A DNA stretch of 64,000 nucleotides from Balanoglossus misakiensis (taxonomy: Eukaryota > Animalia > Hemichordata): NCBI GenBank assembly GCA_040954595.2, contig CM082589.2, forward strand, positions 1,280,009 to 1,344,008. Reading direction: 5' to 3'. The translations under genes and the position numbers were made by a program. Below the pieces are notes generated by a model. It was not told the DNA's origin and searched no databases. It saw only the letters and a list, made by a program, of their open reading frames with translations. This document shows positions 42,562-61,480 of the stretch, piece by piece (the first letter of the stretch is position 1; every line of letters begins with the position of its first letter).

Positions 42562-45059
42562 GGGGATCTTTCACCTTCTGTACTTTTGAAGTTATTGTAT
42601 GTACATCTTTATGAACTGTTTAGTTCTTACATCAACTGTAAAGACCTCAGAGTTTCTGTGTTTGTGTCAGAAACTGTTAGTTGTTGCATCTGTGACTCAA
42701 ACTGAGTTTGTGTCATGAAATTTCAAATTAATGTACATCGATAGAACTTGTAAGTTAGTGTACATAATAACCTAGCTGTACATTGTGATGTAAATGTTGG
42801 AAATCTTGCATCTTATCAAAACAAATAAGCCATCTTCTTATGGTGCTCAGACAGGATTTGACTGAATTTTGTTTTTTTCTTTATACTGTGGTGCTACAAT
42901 CACATCAAATAGAAATCCCAACCTTCTGACTGTTTGTATCATTCAAAATGTGCAATTATTACAAGGAATAACGACGACTGAAGTCAACCATGTAAACTTT
43001 TGCCAAATTGAACATATAACTTCAAGATAATTATAAGGTATTGCATGGGTTATTTGTTTCGATAACATGAAAACAACATTTTAATATTTGTACATCTGTA
43101 GATTAAGTGAAGAGCAAGGTGTGTAATTAATACCAGCAAGAATTACGGCAAAAACGGACTGTTAGAAGAGTAGACACAGAGGCTATGGATTTCAATTTGA
43201 AGGGTCCCTGTGTATCTGCAACCTTAACCACGTGATCCATAGTATGCTAGTGCATTATGGGAAATTTCAGTTGTAAGTTAATTGTTTGCTCCAGTGATGC
43301 CGGTGAATTTCTGATGTTGTGTACACATGTTATGTTTTTGCTATATGCTATTCGAGAGTTGAGTCTCACAAACCTTACAAGGAGATGAGCAAAGAGTACA
43401 TTTAATGAAGAAATAGAAGTTGGAATTTGTTAGTTGTACAGACAGAAAATGTCCACAGTGTATATAATTGGTGATGGGGCATTTGAACTTGTAATTTTCA
43501 TTGAATACCAAGAGTTTATTGAAACTTTGGACTAAAACTAAAGCTTAGAGTAGTGTCAGTGGTTAGATGATACAGAATGTGCCAAAATGAACAGTGATGT
43601 AGTGTCTGTTAGCCATAATTTCTGTCTTCACAATTGTGAATGTCAAGGTTGTTTGTTTACCCCATTCAAAACATGTGTATTGCTGCTTGAAGACACGTTT
43701 TCTTTCATAAAGCAATGTGATGCATTTTCAGTATAAATGCCAAATATACTTGTGCATTAAATATATGTAAATTATTCAGATTATTCCACTGAATTCATAG
43801 CTATAATTTTTCATTCTTGGTATTTTGAATGACTGTATGTTCACGACAGCCAATATTTGTAGATTAGTTATGTCAAAGAAATGTCTTATGCTGACTGCGA
43901 TAATGATGTGATATTTAGTAATTAAGGTTTGAAGATTTGGAAGACTTGGGTCATTAATGATATAAAAATACTTTCAAGATTTACTTTAATTATATTTTAT
44001 TTCATTGCACAGTGTAACAGTCACATCACATCTTGGTGTTTAATTGGTGTGGTGGTCATTTAAGCCAATCAAAATCATTGTATCAAGCTGCTGTGTAGTT
44101 GTCCTCAACCAATGAGAGACGAGCTTAGTGAAGGTTCACATTTTATTTTGAAGAACATTTCGTTTTTCAGCCATTGTTAGAAACAGACTTTAAGAATCAA
44201 GTTTGGATACTCAAGAAAGACCTTTCCGTAGAGATGGCGCATTCTATTGGAGAGCAGGGGTGGGTGGGGTGAAGTATCACCTAGCAATAACAATAAGGAT
44301 GGCTCAAGTCAATACAAAACTTATCAAAATTTTATTATCCTCTTAAGTGCAAGAACAGTCAAAGATTTGTGTGCTTCTGGTCAAAAAAAGCATTAACAAT
44401 GTAATGTGTTAAAAATTGTGGAATCTTAATTAAGTATACACACTTTCAAAAAGAAAATCTGAAACTGGCATGTAGAGATTGATAGATATAGCAAGTCAGA
44501 TTGTAAATCTTTAATCGTGAAAAAAAAGTCTAGAAAATTCACCAGCATATTCCATTGAGAGATTTAAATGGCCAATCTGATGTTGTGTTGAAGTTGATTG
44601 CCTTATTTCTAAAACTTATCAGCTGCTTTGGAGAAGTTTGGAGATATTTATGGGGTACTAGTCAAAACTTGCATGCATATAGGATACCAGTTATTTATTA
44701 AGCTAAAAGTGAACAACATGAGAAGATTTCTATGAAATCAGAAATTAATGGTAGGTATTTGTTTGCACACTGAATAGACCAACATTTTTCTATGGAATGT
44801 GGAAGTGCTTCATTTGTTTGTCTTGAAATATGTGAATTCTTGTGACTTGAAAACAATAAAGTAATTTTCTAAATTAAAATACATTGACATTCTCAATCTC
44901 ACTGTACTAAAGTTAGTGTTTCAGTCCTATGTTCACAGTACTGGAAAGTCAAGGTGTTTTATTACATGAATTGATGAGGTCTATTACCCTCTCATGATAA
45001 CTATCGAAAAAAAAGTACAACTACAGCTACTGGGCGTCCAACTGGATCTAACATCTTCC

Positions 45060-46454
45060 TTAGTGAAGATCACTTGGATTCTCCATAAGGAGATATTGCT
45101 TCAGAAGTGATGGGATGTTTAAGCTTGATATAGCATCAAAGAACTTGACTTGCAAGAAATTTCTCAGCGAGTAACGGCAATGGTGTTGAAGAGATCTTGG
45201 ACGCGAACAAAGTGACACTAACTGTTCATAGAACTCTCTATCTCTCAGAAATTTAGGACCCAGTTCCTGTTGAATATCACACAAGCTAAGGTCTGTGTTG
45301 AAATTTGGAAAGCTGTTTACTATGACGCCAATTAGATCAGTTGTGTGTGTTAAGTTCTCTAAGACCTTGTTCAAGTCACACATGTCATAACTATAAGTCT
45401 TAGCACCACTGTTTACCAGCAATTTGATGTATGGAACAGGATCATCTACCTGTTCACACTTCTCATCCCCATTGCATATTTTTAAAACATATAACTCCAA
45501 ACAATCTTTCAGTGCCAAGTCTAGAACAGAACAATTGAACATATCCAAGTGGTTCAGATTATCTACATGAGGTAGCAGCGGTTCAATACAATTCACAAGA
45601 CCGCCTTCAAACAAATAATGCAAAACTGTCTTCCTGGAAATATTCAATGTATTTACCCGAGCACCATGTTGCAACAACAATGATAGCGTGTCTGGGTTGC
45701 CATTCTGGGCCGCATAAAACAATGGAGTATTCCAAGTAGGTGTCATCAAATTTAAATCACAACCATATTCTATTAATGCCATAATGATGTCCAGGCTTTT
45801 TGACTTTATAAGTTCTGCATGTAATGGGGCTTCACCGTTTGATCCAGTTTGGTCTGGTGGGAAACCATTCTGTAGAAGTGCCCTAACACAAGTGACACAA
45901 TCAAAGTCTTCGACAGAATATAGCACCACAGGCTCATTGATTTTCATCTTGGTACTGTACTGTGCTAACAATTTGACCATTTCACAGCTGTGATCCCCGC
46001 GTATATCGCCATACTTTAAAGCACATTCCCAAACCGTATACGGATTAGTGTGGTTGATATCAGCACCATGTTCCAATAACAACCTGGCACAGTTCACACT
46101 GTGGTTACAAACTGCAATTTGCAAAGCAGAGAAACAATGAGCAATGCGTCGGTTGTCGGTATGGATATCAAAATATCCTAAAAACACCCCAGATATGTCA
46201 TCAACCTCAAACACCATATCTGGATCTAATCCAGATTCAAGAAGTCTTTGTAGTTGATTTGCTGAATCACGTTGCAGAATTTTATCATAATGCCTCATCA
46301 CAAGATTTTTATCTTCATATTCCAATAAATTCCACTTGTTCACCAGAGGGAACACTTCAGCAGGGTCAGCATCTTCTTCAAACGACGTGTCTTCGCTGTC
46401 TTCACTCCAATTATGATTAAATTCATGATATTCATCCTCACACAACATAAACAT
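45060..46454 (-). CDS. Ankyrin repeat and SOCS box-containing (ASB-like) protein, intronless CDS
   Basis: Single long ORF with ankyrin repeats (ALQIAV..CARLLLEHGADIN; TPLFYAAQNGNPDTLSLLLQHGARVN) and a C-terminal SOCS box (PRSLQHHCRYSLR...LNIPSLLKQYLL). The ORF is open to 46505, but an acceptor-like tttttctcag at 46466 suggests the start is the ATG at 46454. Confidence 0.9.
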   Translation of the reverse strand: MFMLCEDEYHEFNHNWSEDSEDTSFEEDADPAEVFPLVNKWNLLEYEDKNLVMRHYDKILQRDSANQLQRLLESGLDPDMVFEVDDISGVFLGYFDIHTDNRRIAHCFSALQIAVCNHSVNCARLLLEHGADINHTNPYTVWECALKYGDIRGDHSCEMVKLLAQYSTKMKINEPVVLYSVEDFDCVTCVRALLQNGFPPDQTGSNGEAPLHAELIKSKSLDIIMALIEYGCDLNLMTPTWNTPLFYAAQNGNPDTLSLLLQHGARVNTLNISRKTVLHYLFEGGLVNCIEPLLPHVDNLNHLDMFNCSVLDLALKDCLELYVLKICNGDEKCEQVDDPVPYIKLLVNSGAKTYSYDMCDLNKVLENLTHTTDLIGVIVNSFPNFNTDLSLCDIQQELGPKFLRDREFYEQLVSLCSRPRSLQHHCRYSLRNFLQVKFFDAISSLNIPSLLKQYLLMENPSDLH

Positions 46455-46637
46455 GTTGATTTGTTCTGAGAAAAACGGAGACAGAAACCAATCATGAATA
46501 TTCATAATTCAAACAAAAAATGTCCTGACTGTTACTGGTAGCATCTTTCTTGCGTGACATCTCTACATTCTTCAACGCTAAATCGCAGGTGATGTAACAA
46601 AAAAAATAAGTTATTGATGGTGATCACACTCGCGTGG

Positions 46638-46696
46638 TAGCTCTGCGTACAGGTATGTGTGTTCCCGGCGAAAAACACGACCTGTACGCAGGGTTA
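46638..46696. mobile_element. 59-bp palindromic MITE-like insertion with 10-bp target-site duplication
   Basis: TIRs TAGCTCTGCGTACAGGT and ACCTGTACGCAGGGTTA are complementary at 15 of 17 positions. They are flanked by the exact direct repeat ACTCGCGTGG at 46628-46637 and 46697-46706. Confidence 0.75.
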
Positions 46697-46706
46697 ACTC
46701 GCGTGG

Positions 46707-47600
46707 GAGTCAGTATGTTGTTTACACGGCGGTATTTTTGAAGTCATAGACGCGATCGCGTTGTATTTGTAAACAACGCGCGCGACTGATATGAACACTT
46801 TCGGGGCAACTTTAGTCCCATGACCAGAGTGCCATCGAGAGTGTTCTTATATCGGTTACAGACATTATAAAATATTTGTCCAGACTAAATACCTCGGTGC
46901 AGCGTGGTGATGCTAGATTCTCAGTCAGTCTTCTCGAAATTCCCGGGCCAAATTAATCGCGTGGATGAAATTAACATCGGATTAAGTTTGCTAAATAGCG
47001 CCCTCGGTGGTAGTCAGTACAGTTTGGCAAAATTCTTTCCACCAATCAAGTTAACCTGACCAACCATACTTTCATCACCATAGTTACAGATGATTAGTAG
47101 TAAAATATGCGTATCAATGCTTAGTTTATTCTTGTACCACAGTGTCTGGTTGATGTTGGCGTTCTAATTTGGCAAATTGTCTCAAATCATTGCTAGTAAT
47201 GGACACATCGTCGCTGTCATGCTGTACCCTCCTGCCGGCGAATGGACGAAACCTAGGAATGCTGGCTGTCATGTGACATCATGCAAATATTCGTGACACA
47301 CACAGAAGACGATAAATGTGGTGAAATTCAATATTGTACCTGCTGTTTCCGTGGAATATAATTCAAACATGGACATTAAAGGGTAAGTTTTTGTTTTCAT
47401 GGATATCAGGGCTTTCGGTTGGTGTAGAAAATAGACCGCTCGGACAACATGAGCCGTTGCGAATGAACTTCTTGCGCGAGGCGAGTAACGTACTGGTCGG
47501 GGGAGGCCATGTTATCCATGGACGCTGCCAACAGACCAACCCAAATAAACAATCCAAAACACAAGGGATATGGTTCTGTCGGCTGCTCAGAATTCCCTCA
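46707..47600. promoter_or_regulatory. Divergent promoter region between the ASB-like gene and Mak
   Basis: CpG-enriched, head-to-head gene arrangement. Forkhead motifs TGTTTAC (46719) and GTAAACAA (46769); CTCF-like motif at 46996-47010. Confidence 0.5.
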
Positions 47601-48821
47601 TTTCGTGATAATAGTTTTATTTGTCAAATATACTACACCATAGTCGATTGGGCGACCTTTCCTAGGGCTTTCTGTTATTGTTGTGGACCATATTCGTGGG
47701 TAATGTCAAAATATTTTGGGTACATTTGGTTGCTATTTGACTCAGTCAACAATGAACATTTTTAATGTGTGAAATACTCGTGTGTGGTCCATCACGGTTG
47801 TTCAGCCGTAGTATGAAATAGTCACCACAAGCGTTATTTCTGAAATTGTTATGAAAGTTACTATGTAAATTCTTCTTGTAACTAGCCACGGTACGGGGTA
47901 ATTATTGGCCAAAGTTGCCGTGGTTGGTCTGGAAGAATATCATAGTACAAACGTATCCGTCCTTCGTTTGCGTGCGTTTTGGGGTTTCGGTTGCTTCTGG
48001 CTAGAACTCCCTTGACTGAATTTATAGGGAGATGAGGCCTAGTAGAGCTTCGGATGTTCAGTAAAAGTATGGAAAAAACCTACACAATCAAATACAGAAA
48101 TTACTTTTATCCCAAATTAAAATTAATCAAATCATTGTAGAACAAAATTGCCTAGTGCATGTCAGAAGTGATGATAACTTTTGGTGTCAAAAATAGCTTT
48201 TAGATTTCATCAGTTGCAGATATAGTGCAATCAAGAGTACAATAACTCCACCAGTGAACATGTCCATTCTTTTAGCCTGCTACTTCTTTGCAATGAAAGA
48301 TTGCACAAGTGATACCAGTAAATTTAATTTGCTATACACCAAGGATAGGGAGACTGGCGACGTTGATTATTGCATTGTTCAGCTGGATTTACCTACCCAT
48401 CTAATGAACAAGTGATGTAATCAATAATGCAGTTGTGGTGTTATTAAAATTCAGATCATTTCACCCACTTCAAATAATATTCACACAGGGAATAAATTCA
48501 CATATGACCATTGTATACCTTTCTTGTATATAAGATTTTTGTTATTTTCTTTTCTCACAAACATGAAAATAATCTTTTCTCTTCTTCATTCATTGCAGGA
48601 TTACATGGGATTCAGACAAATAAAGTCAAAACAAGGAAACAATATTGATGATAGTTCCGTCCGATCTACAAACCAACTGAAGAGGAAATATCTACGCAAG
48701 TTCATCATTTTTTTAAAGTCAAGTATTTGAATTAAGGATGTCAAATCCAAGGACTAGGTAGAGAGAAAAAACAAGCGTGGACATTTTGTAATATTTTGCA
48801 TTCGGGAAATATATTGACACC

Positions 48822-55614
<6,793 letters not shown>

Positions 55615-55765
55615 TTTAGTCTTTATCATGGCAGAAGATGAGAGCTTTGGGACATCACTCTGTGTCTGTCTGCTTTGAACAGAGACAAAGTGAGGAAGAT
55701 AAGTTTTCTTTTGGAACAACACTAAGTCACAGGAAAAAATGATGTCAGTGTTCGTAGAAAACTCA

Positions 55766-55954
55766 TATAGTCAAATCTGTCTATTGTGGCCAATCACAGG
55801 ACTTTCTGAAATCGGCCTTTATAGACAGGTGGCCTTTATAGACAGGTCCATTAATGCACAGGTAGATTGCACAGGGAGTGTAACACAGTAGCCAATTTAG
55901 ACAAGTGTCCACTATATAGAGGTGGCCATTGACGGTGACACAAGTTTGTCTGAA
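55766..55954. mobile_element. Degenerate Tc1/mariner-pogo-type MITE in the Mak 3' UTR
   Basis: Imperfect TIRs tatagtcaaatctgtct and cacaagtttgtctgaa, of the TA-CAGTCAAACCTG type. Internal repeated units ggcctttatagacaggt (x2) and variants (ccactatatagaggtggcc). Confidence 0.65.
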
Positions 55955-57193
55955 TTGATAATTCTGTCACTATCTGCTTGTTCGTCATTTGAAAAATATA
56001 TTTTGATACGATTTGGGTCTGAAAATAAACAAGAGTTGGTGTACTTAAATGAAGTACATTTTGTATTACCCAGTCTGGTAGTCCATTCTGAAGTTCTTTC
56101 TGTCCCCTTCCCACCCCCACCACCCATTTCTCTTATTCAGGAATTCAGGTCATTTATCCAGAATTGTTTGTCTTTGTCTTGAGCACAGGTACACAAACAA
56201 CCAAGACAAAACAGTTTTAAAACTGTATCTATGTGCAATTGCTTTCAGTAGAACTTTGACACCGTATTTTAATACTTCTGGTTTGATTGTACCGGTTAAC
56301 TGAAGTAACCTAGATGCAAATGCCAACAACATATTTTATCGTAGGACTATGCATATCGCACAAAAATCACATCAGGGCCAAATTCTTCAGCCAACTTGAC
56401 ATTTCTGTCTGTAACTGTGGTCCGCAAGTTTGTTGGTTGGCACAGCCAACGATTTCACACATACATAGCTGTCAAGTTGTAGGCCTGTGAAACAGGTCAA
56501 AGGTCAAATCCTAAGATATTCTAGATCTTCTGTTATATGCCACTCAGTTTAGAAATGTCTGTTTTCATCTCTGAAGATATTGTACCAAGTTTGTACAAAA
56601 TAACCAACAGTTTATTGTACAGCTCAAGGACAACAAAAAATAAACAAAAGAGTGTATATTTTGACTGCCTTTTTATGTACATAGACAAGACGATTGGCCA
56701 CACCATTTTTATATGTGTATGATGATTATTACATGATTCACATCAGGGTCTATTAATAAATATAGTCACAAAAAATTTACTTAAAATTATTCCACGATCA
56801 TTTGACGCATACACAGCTAACATTTCTCGGAAAACCAACACTTTGTAAATTTGGCAAACTAACAAAAAATGTACATGTACATATTTTTTAGCATGATACC
56901 TTAGTCTTTATATACCTGTACAGTGATTTGTGTAATTTTATTTGATATTTTTCCATGGGATTTTTTGTGGTTTATGTTGTTTTAGTTGTAAAATATTATG
57001 TCAATGAATAAATGAGATGAGGCAAAACCCTTTGTAGGTACTTTTTCTCTTGTTGCTTTAAAAGTTTTGTGACTAGGTATAACAGAAGAGCATGCCCTGA
57101 TCTGTACCCTTAGTTTCATGTGGTCTGATTTCTTCTTCAAATACATTTGTACTGTGATGTTGAAACAGCATATTGTATGAGCAGCCATTGTTA

Positions 57194-59361
57194 TCAGTTG
57201 ACAACCTCGTTAACCAAGGGTTCAAATGAAATTTTCTGTCTTTTTCTGTACTCTCGTACTTGTGCTGAACTGTAAACAGAAAAGAGTGATTGTGTTAAAG
57301 ATACTTAACCTTTGCACATTATGCTAAACTAGCTACTGTAACAATGGGAAGTCAGATACACATAGGTCCATGTAAATGAAGAAAGTAACATGGAAATACT
57401 TACCAAAGTAACATAATTACAACCAGAAGAACGCCAGCGAAGACAAGAAATACCAAATTTGGCATCACATCGACTGTCTTGGAGAATACTGTGTTGAAAA
57501 TTATTGGTGATAGTGTGTATGCTATACACTGTATGCATACTTGGATTGCAAATACAACACCTGTTGGACAAGCATAAAAAGTAGTGTCAATGACACTGAG
57601 CTCCCATTTGGTCAGCATTGTTACATTCAATATTATAATATATGTATGCCATACTGTTGTTTTTTCATCACAAATGACAGTGATCCAAACTGATAGTTAT
57701 ATTGTAAGTAAATAAACAAATAAATACCTTGTTGATTTGGACTGAACCATTTGGACAAACGACTTCTTATAGCAGGATACTGCAGTGAAGACAGAAATCC
57801 TACTGCAGTGGCTATGATTGGAAGAAAACAACCAGACAATAATCAAGATTAATACAGGAACTGTATTCTATGAAAATCAGCACAGCACAGCATCCTTTTT
57901 TGTCTGCCTGATAGTTACCCTCCCCAAAGATATCATATGGTTTGCCCCTTAACGTTCATCACGTTTGACCATAGGGGGCGGTATTTAAGGTTATATCAAG
58001 GTCATTTAAGGTCAGTTTACTCAGGCCTGGCCTTCAGATGAGGTATTGTTTACAGTCTGTTAGGGGTAGTCGTATTTAATATGTGGAATGTGACAATTGT
58101 TTTCTGAAAAGACAATGTTTTGAACTCACCACTAATGGCAGTAGCCTTGGTGCTGGCAAAAGCAATCATCAAGAAAATGCCAATCAGTGAAATTACTCCC
58201 ACCTGGGCCATCCATAGGTCTCCAAGAATGAGTGACAGGACTTTGCCACCACAAATTAAACCTTGGTTGGATAAATAACAAGAAATTTAACAAAAATAGC
58301 CAGTGAACATTGAAGAATGTCTATTACCAAACTATGAAATCAGATCACTATTTTTGTTTAGGGTGACATAATTTTTTAGGGCATAAATAATAATCACCTA
58401 TTGCACTCAGTCCATAATGTAGAGCTTGAAATAACCCAATATCGACAGACGTGAAACACAACGGAGGACCAAGCTGATACAACATGATAATGCTGTTTGA
58501 TGTGCCCACAATCACAAGCATCAGAAACATAGACACCGAAAGTGTCACGTGCTCAACGTTCGTCTCAGCTGAACTTTCGGTGAACAAGTGGAGCACATCT
58601 GTAAACTGTTGTCGCAAATTGCACCTGGGAAGTGAAGAAGTTCGAGCTGGAGAAGTTTCCTGCAGCCAGATAATTGTGTACAAAACAGCAAACGACATAG
58701 TTCCAAAGGTAACCCAAACAGGTGGTATGAACCCCAATGATTTGATCATATATCCTGTCCCCAGCTCAGCAACGCAAGACCCCATGTACATAGACGTCTC
58801 CACAAGTACTATTCGGAATGTGCGCTGTTTTCCTTCTGTAATGTCAGCTATAACAGCGACACTTGTTGCCAAGACAGCAGGGTAGCTCCCAGTTACCCCT
58901 CGTATTATTTCACCAATGAAAAAATACTGTATTGGCAGCTGCAGGTTTAACACAAGTAGATATGATACAGTATAAAACAGATATCCAAATGTCGATACAA
59001 GCAAGGGTATTTTTCTTCCACCTCCCCTTTCACTGTATGACCCTAGTGATATTGCAGAAAAAATTGCCAATCCGGCGTAGGTCGCCTCGAAATATGAGAT
59101 CCAGTATGAAGATTCAGCCTCAACCCTCTGTCCCAGGTGATAGTTCGGATCAGACGTATTGATCTCACAGTTGCTTTGGTTCTGATCCGAGGATGTATCC
59201 GTGTAATTATAATCCTCTCCGATCCGTCGATTAACGTATTGTACCTGTACCGCTTGCAAGCTCGATTTTGTAAACATCACACAAAATAGCAATGGTTCCA
59301 CTGTTATTAGCCGCCGGAGGCGACTGACAGTTGTTGATCGCCCGTTTTGCAGTTTCGCCAT
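57194..59361 (-). CDS. SLC46 family MFS transporter (PCFT/SLC46A1- or SLC46A3-like)
   Basis: Exons 59361-58398, 58261-58130, 57811-57728, 57560-57404 and 57269-57194 join in frame. Motifs: ITVEP, glycosylated first loop, LGSYSERGGGRK, ADIT..RTFRI, LY...PLCF....IG, IRSRLSK...NQQG; many hydrophobic helices. Confidence 0.9.
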
Positions 59362-59699
59362 AGTTACTGGTCATAACCGAGTCTGTACATGTATATTGCA
59401 TTGGCGAAATGTACAACAGTAGCTTGTATGTACATTCTCAGTTCATATATATGTCACGTTTATATGGTCACATGATAAAGGGTTTACTCTCAAATCCTGA
59501 AGCGGGGGTTTTACTTTTAGTGGGGCATCAGGCTTGTTGGAGCTCAGACAATTTCATGTATATCTTAAAGATTATGACACAAATTGTGGGTGGGACTTTG
59601 TGTTGAAGTTGGAAGCAATGAATGAATGATTGACAGTCGATCTGCATGTGAAATTCTGTGGTCAGGGACGCAATCACCTGACAATATACGAATAGAATT

Positions 59700-60030
59700 C
59701 CCCGGATGTAATTAACATGTTAGTGAATGACATCATAGGTCAAAGGTTGATACCTTATTTCTGCGATTCATTGCTATCCCATAGTGCCATACACATCGCC
59801 TACACGTATCGGAAGACCGGTCACATATTGCCAAACGTCAACCAATTCCAGTCAAAATCACTTTCTAAAGTTTACAGTTTTGCGTCAAGAGATATTTTAG
59901 GTCGGAAGGACGTCTTCATTTTTTACCGGAAGTGTGACATTTTCCTAAATTGGATTGAGGTACCCGGGCAGCAGCCATTTTGGATTTGAAATCAGAAGGT
60001 ACACAGTCGAGTTAGAAAACATAGACAATT
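59700..60030. promoter_or_regulatory. Bidirectional promoter for SLC46 and Rab10
   Basis: Start codons are 670 bp apart, head-to-head. ETS motif ACCGGAAGTG at 59925-59934; YY1-like CAGCCATTTT at 59972-59981. Confidence 0.6.
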
Positions 60031-61480
60031 ATGGCAAAGAAGACCTACGACCTACTCTTTAAACTTTTGCTAATTGGAGATTCTGGCGTGGGAAAGACTT
60101 GTATCCTCTTCAGATTTTCAGACGACGCATTTAACACGACGTTTATATCAACGATAGGTAAGTTATTATACTTTGTTGTGGGTTCGAGGTGTCAACATAA
60201 CTCGTGACACCAGTTACACTGTGAATCTCTTAGGCCTGTCCGGTCGATGTCATCAATGATTTTCATGTAACACAGATTTGTTTGTGATGTTTAGTGAACT
60301 ACATAAAATCATAGTATCAGTCCGAAGCGCAGATGTCGTCTTATCTGTCGCCTTGATGTTTTTATCCGTCTGCTCGCGGCTGTACACAGTACAGGCGAAT
60401 TTTTACAGCAATGCAATGTTGCCACACCTACTATCTGTGTATATTGTGGCTGTAAACGAGGCGGATGGTACGACGATACTGAACATGTAATGTGTTATCT
60501 GATCAGACTACCTATACAAACCGTCTTCTTTGAAACTAGGAAAGATGTTGATGAATTAACCATCTTTGTTTATTTCGAATGATCAGTTTTGGCCAATACT
60601 GAACCTTATCCAAGTTGCCCTAACTTCAAATGTTTTTGATATGAAACATACATAACATATTTCATAGACTGTACCTCGCTGAAGTTATCTCAGTGACCCA
60701 AGTGCTTGTGAAGGATAATATATGATCCAGTATTGCAGGAATTTTGCATTCAGAATTAATCCATCTATTTGAAGAAGTCAAGGTCATTTGTTAATGTCAT
60801 CGTTATAGACGTTGTGGGGGCAATCCCATGTCTGGAAGTTTAATTAATTTTGTTAAGATAACTTTGCTTGTACAAGCAGTCTCTTAGTTTCGGACATCAT
60901 GGGTAGGAGTTCACTTGGAGTTTACATTGCGTCTGTGAGCCTCTGATATCATGATCGATGACCGCACAACTTGTTGAGCTTTTGGGTATCTGTAACAACA
61001 TGTTTGCATTTTGTGGACGATGTCTAATTGAGATAAATGTGCACAAAGATGGCAACAACAACCCTGTATACATCTGTTCAATAAACAAGAATTTTTCAAT
61101 GTGCGGAGTGTAGTTACACATCTATCCAGTATATCCTGCCCTTTCTTGGGAAGTTCAATGCACTGTATTAGACTGACCTTTTAAACAGAACCAGAGAAAG
61201 ACATGGCAAATACTAGGCTCTTTTACCAGCAAATAGTATGTCTGTCAGTACTTACCCTGAGATTATTTTCTGATTTCCAGGAATTGATTTCAAAATCAAA
61301 ACAGTTGAATTGCAAGGGAAGAAGATCAAACTTCAGATATGGGACACAGCTGGACAAGAACGGTTCCACACTATCACAACCTCCTACTACAGAGGTGCTA
61401 TGGGCATCATGCTTGTCTATGACATCACCCAGCCTAAAACATTTGATAATATAACGAAGTGGCTACGAAATATTGACGAG
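60031..61480 (+). CDS. RAB10: Ras-related protein Rab-10, first two coding exons (gene continues past the window)
   Basis: Exons 60031-60157 and 61281-61480 encode [23 protein letters not shown]...[30 protein letters not shown] and FHTITTSY distinguish Rab10 from Rab8. Confidence 0.93.
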
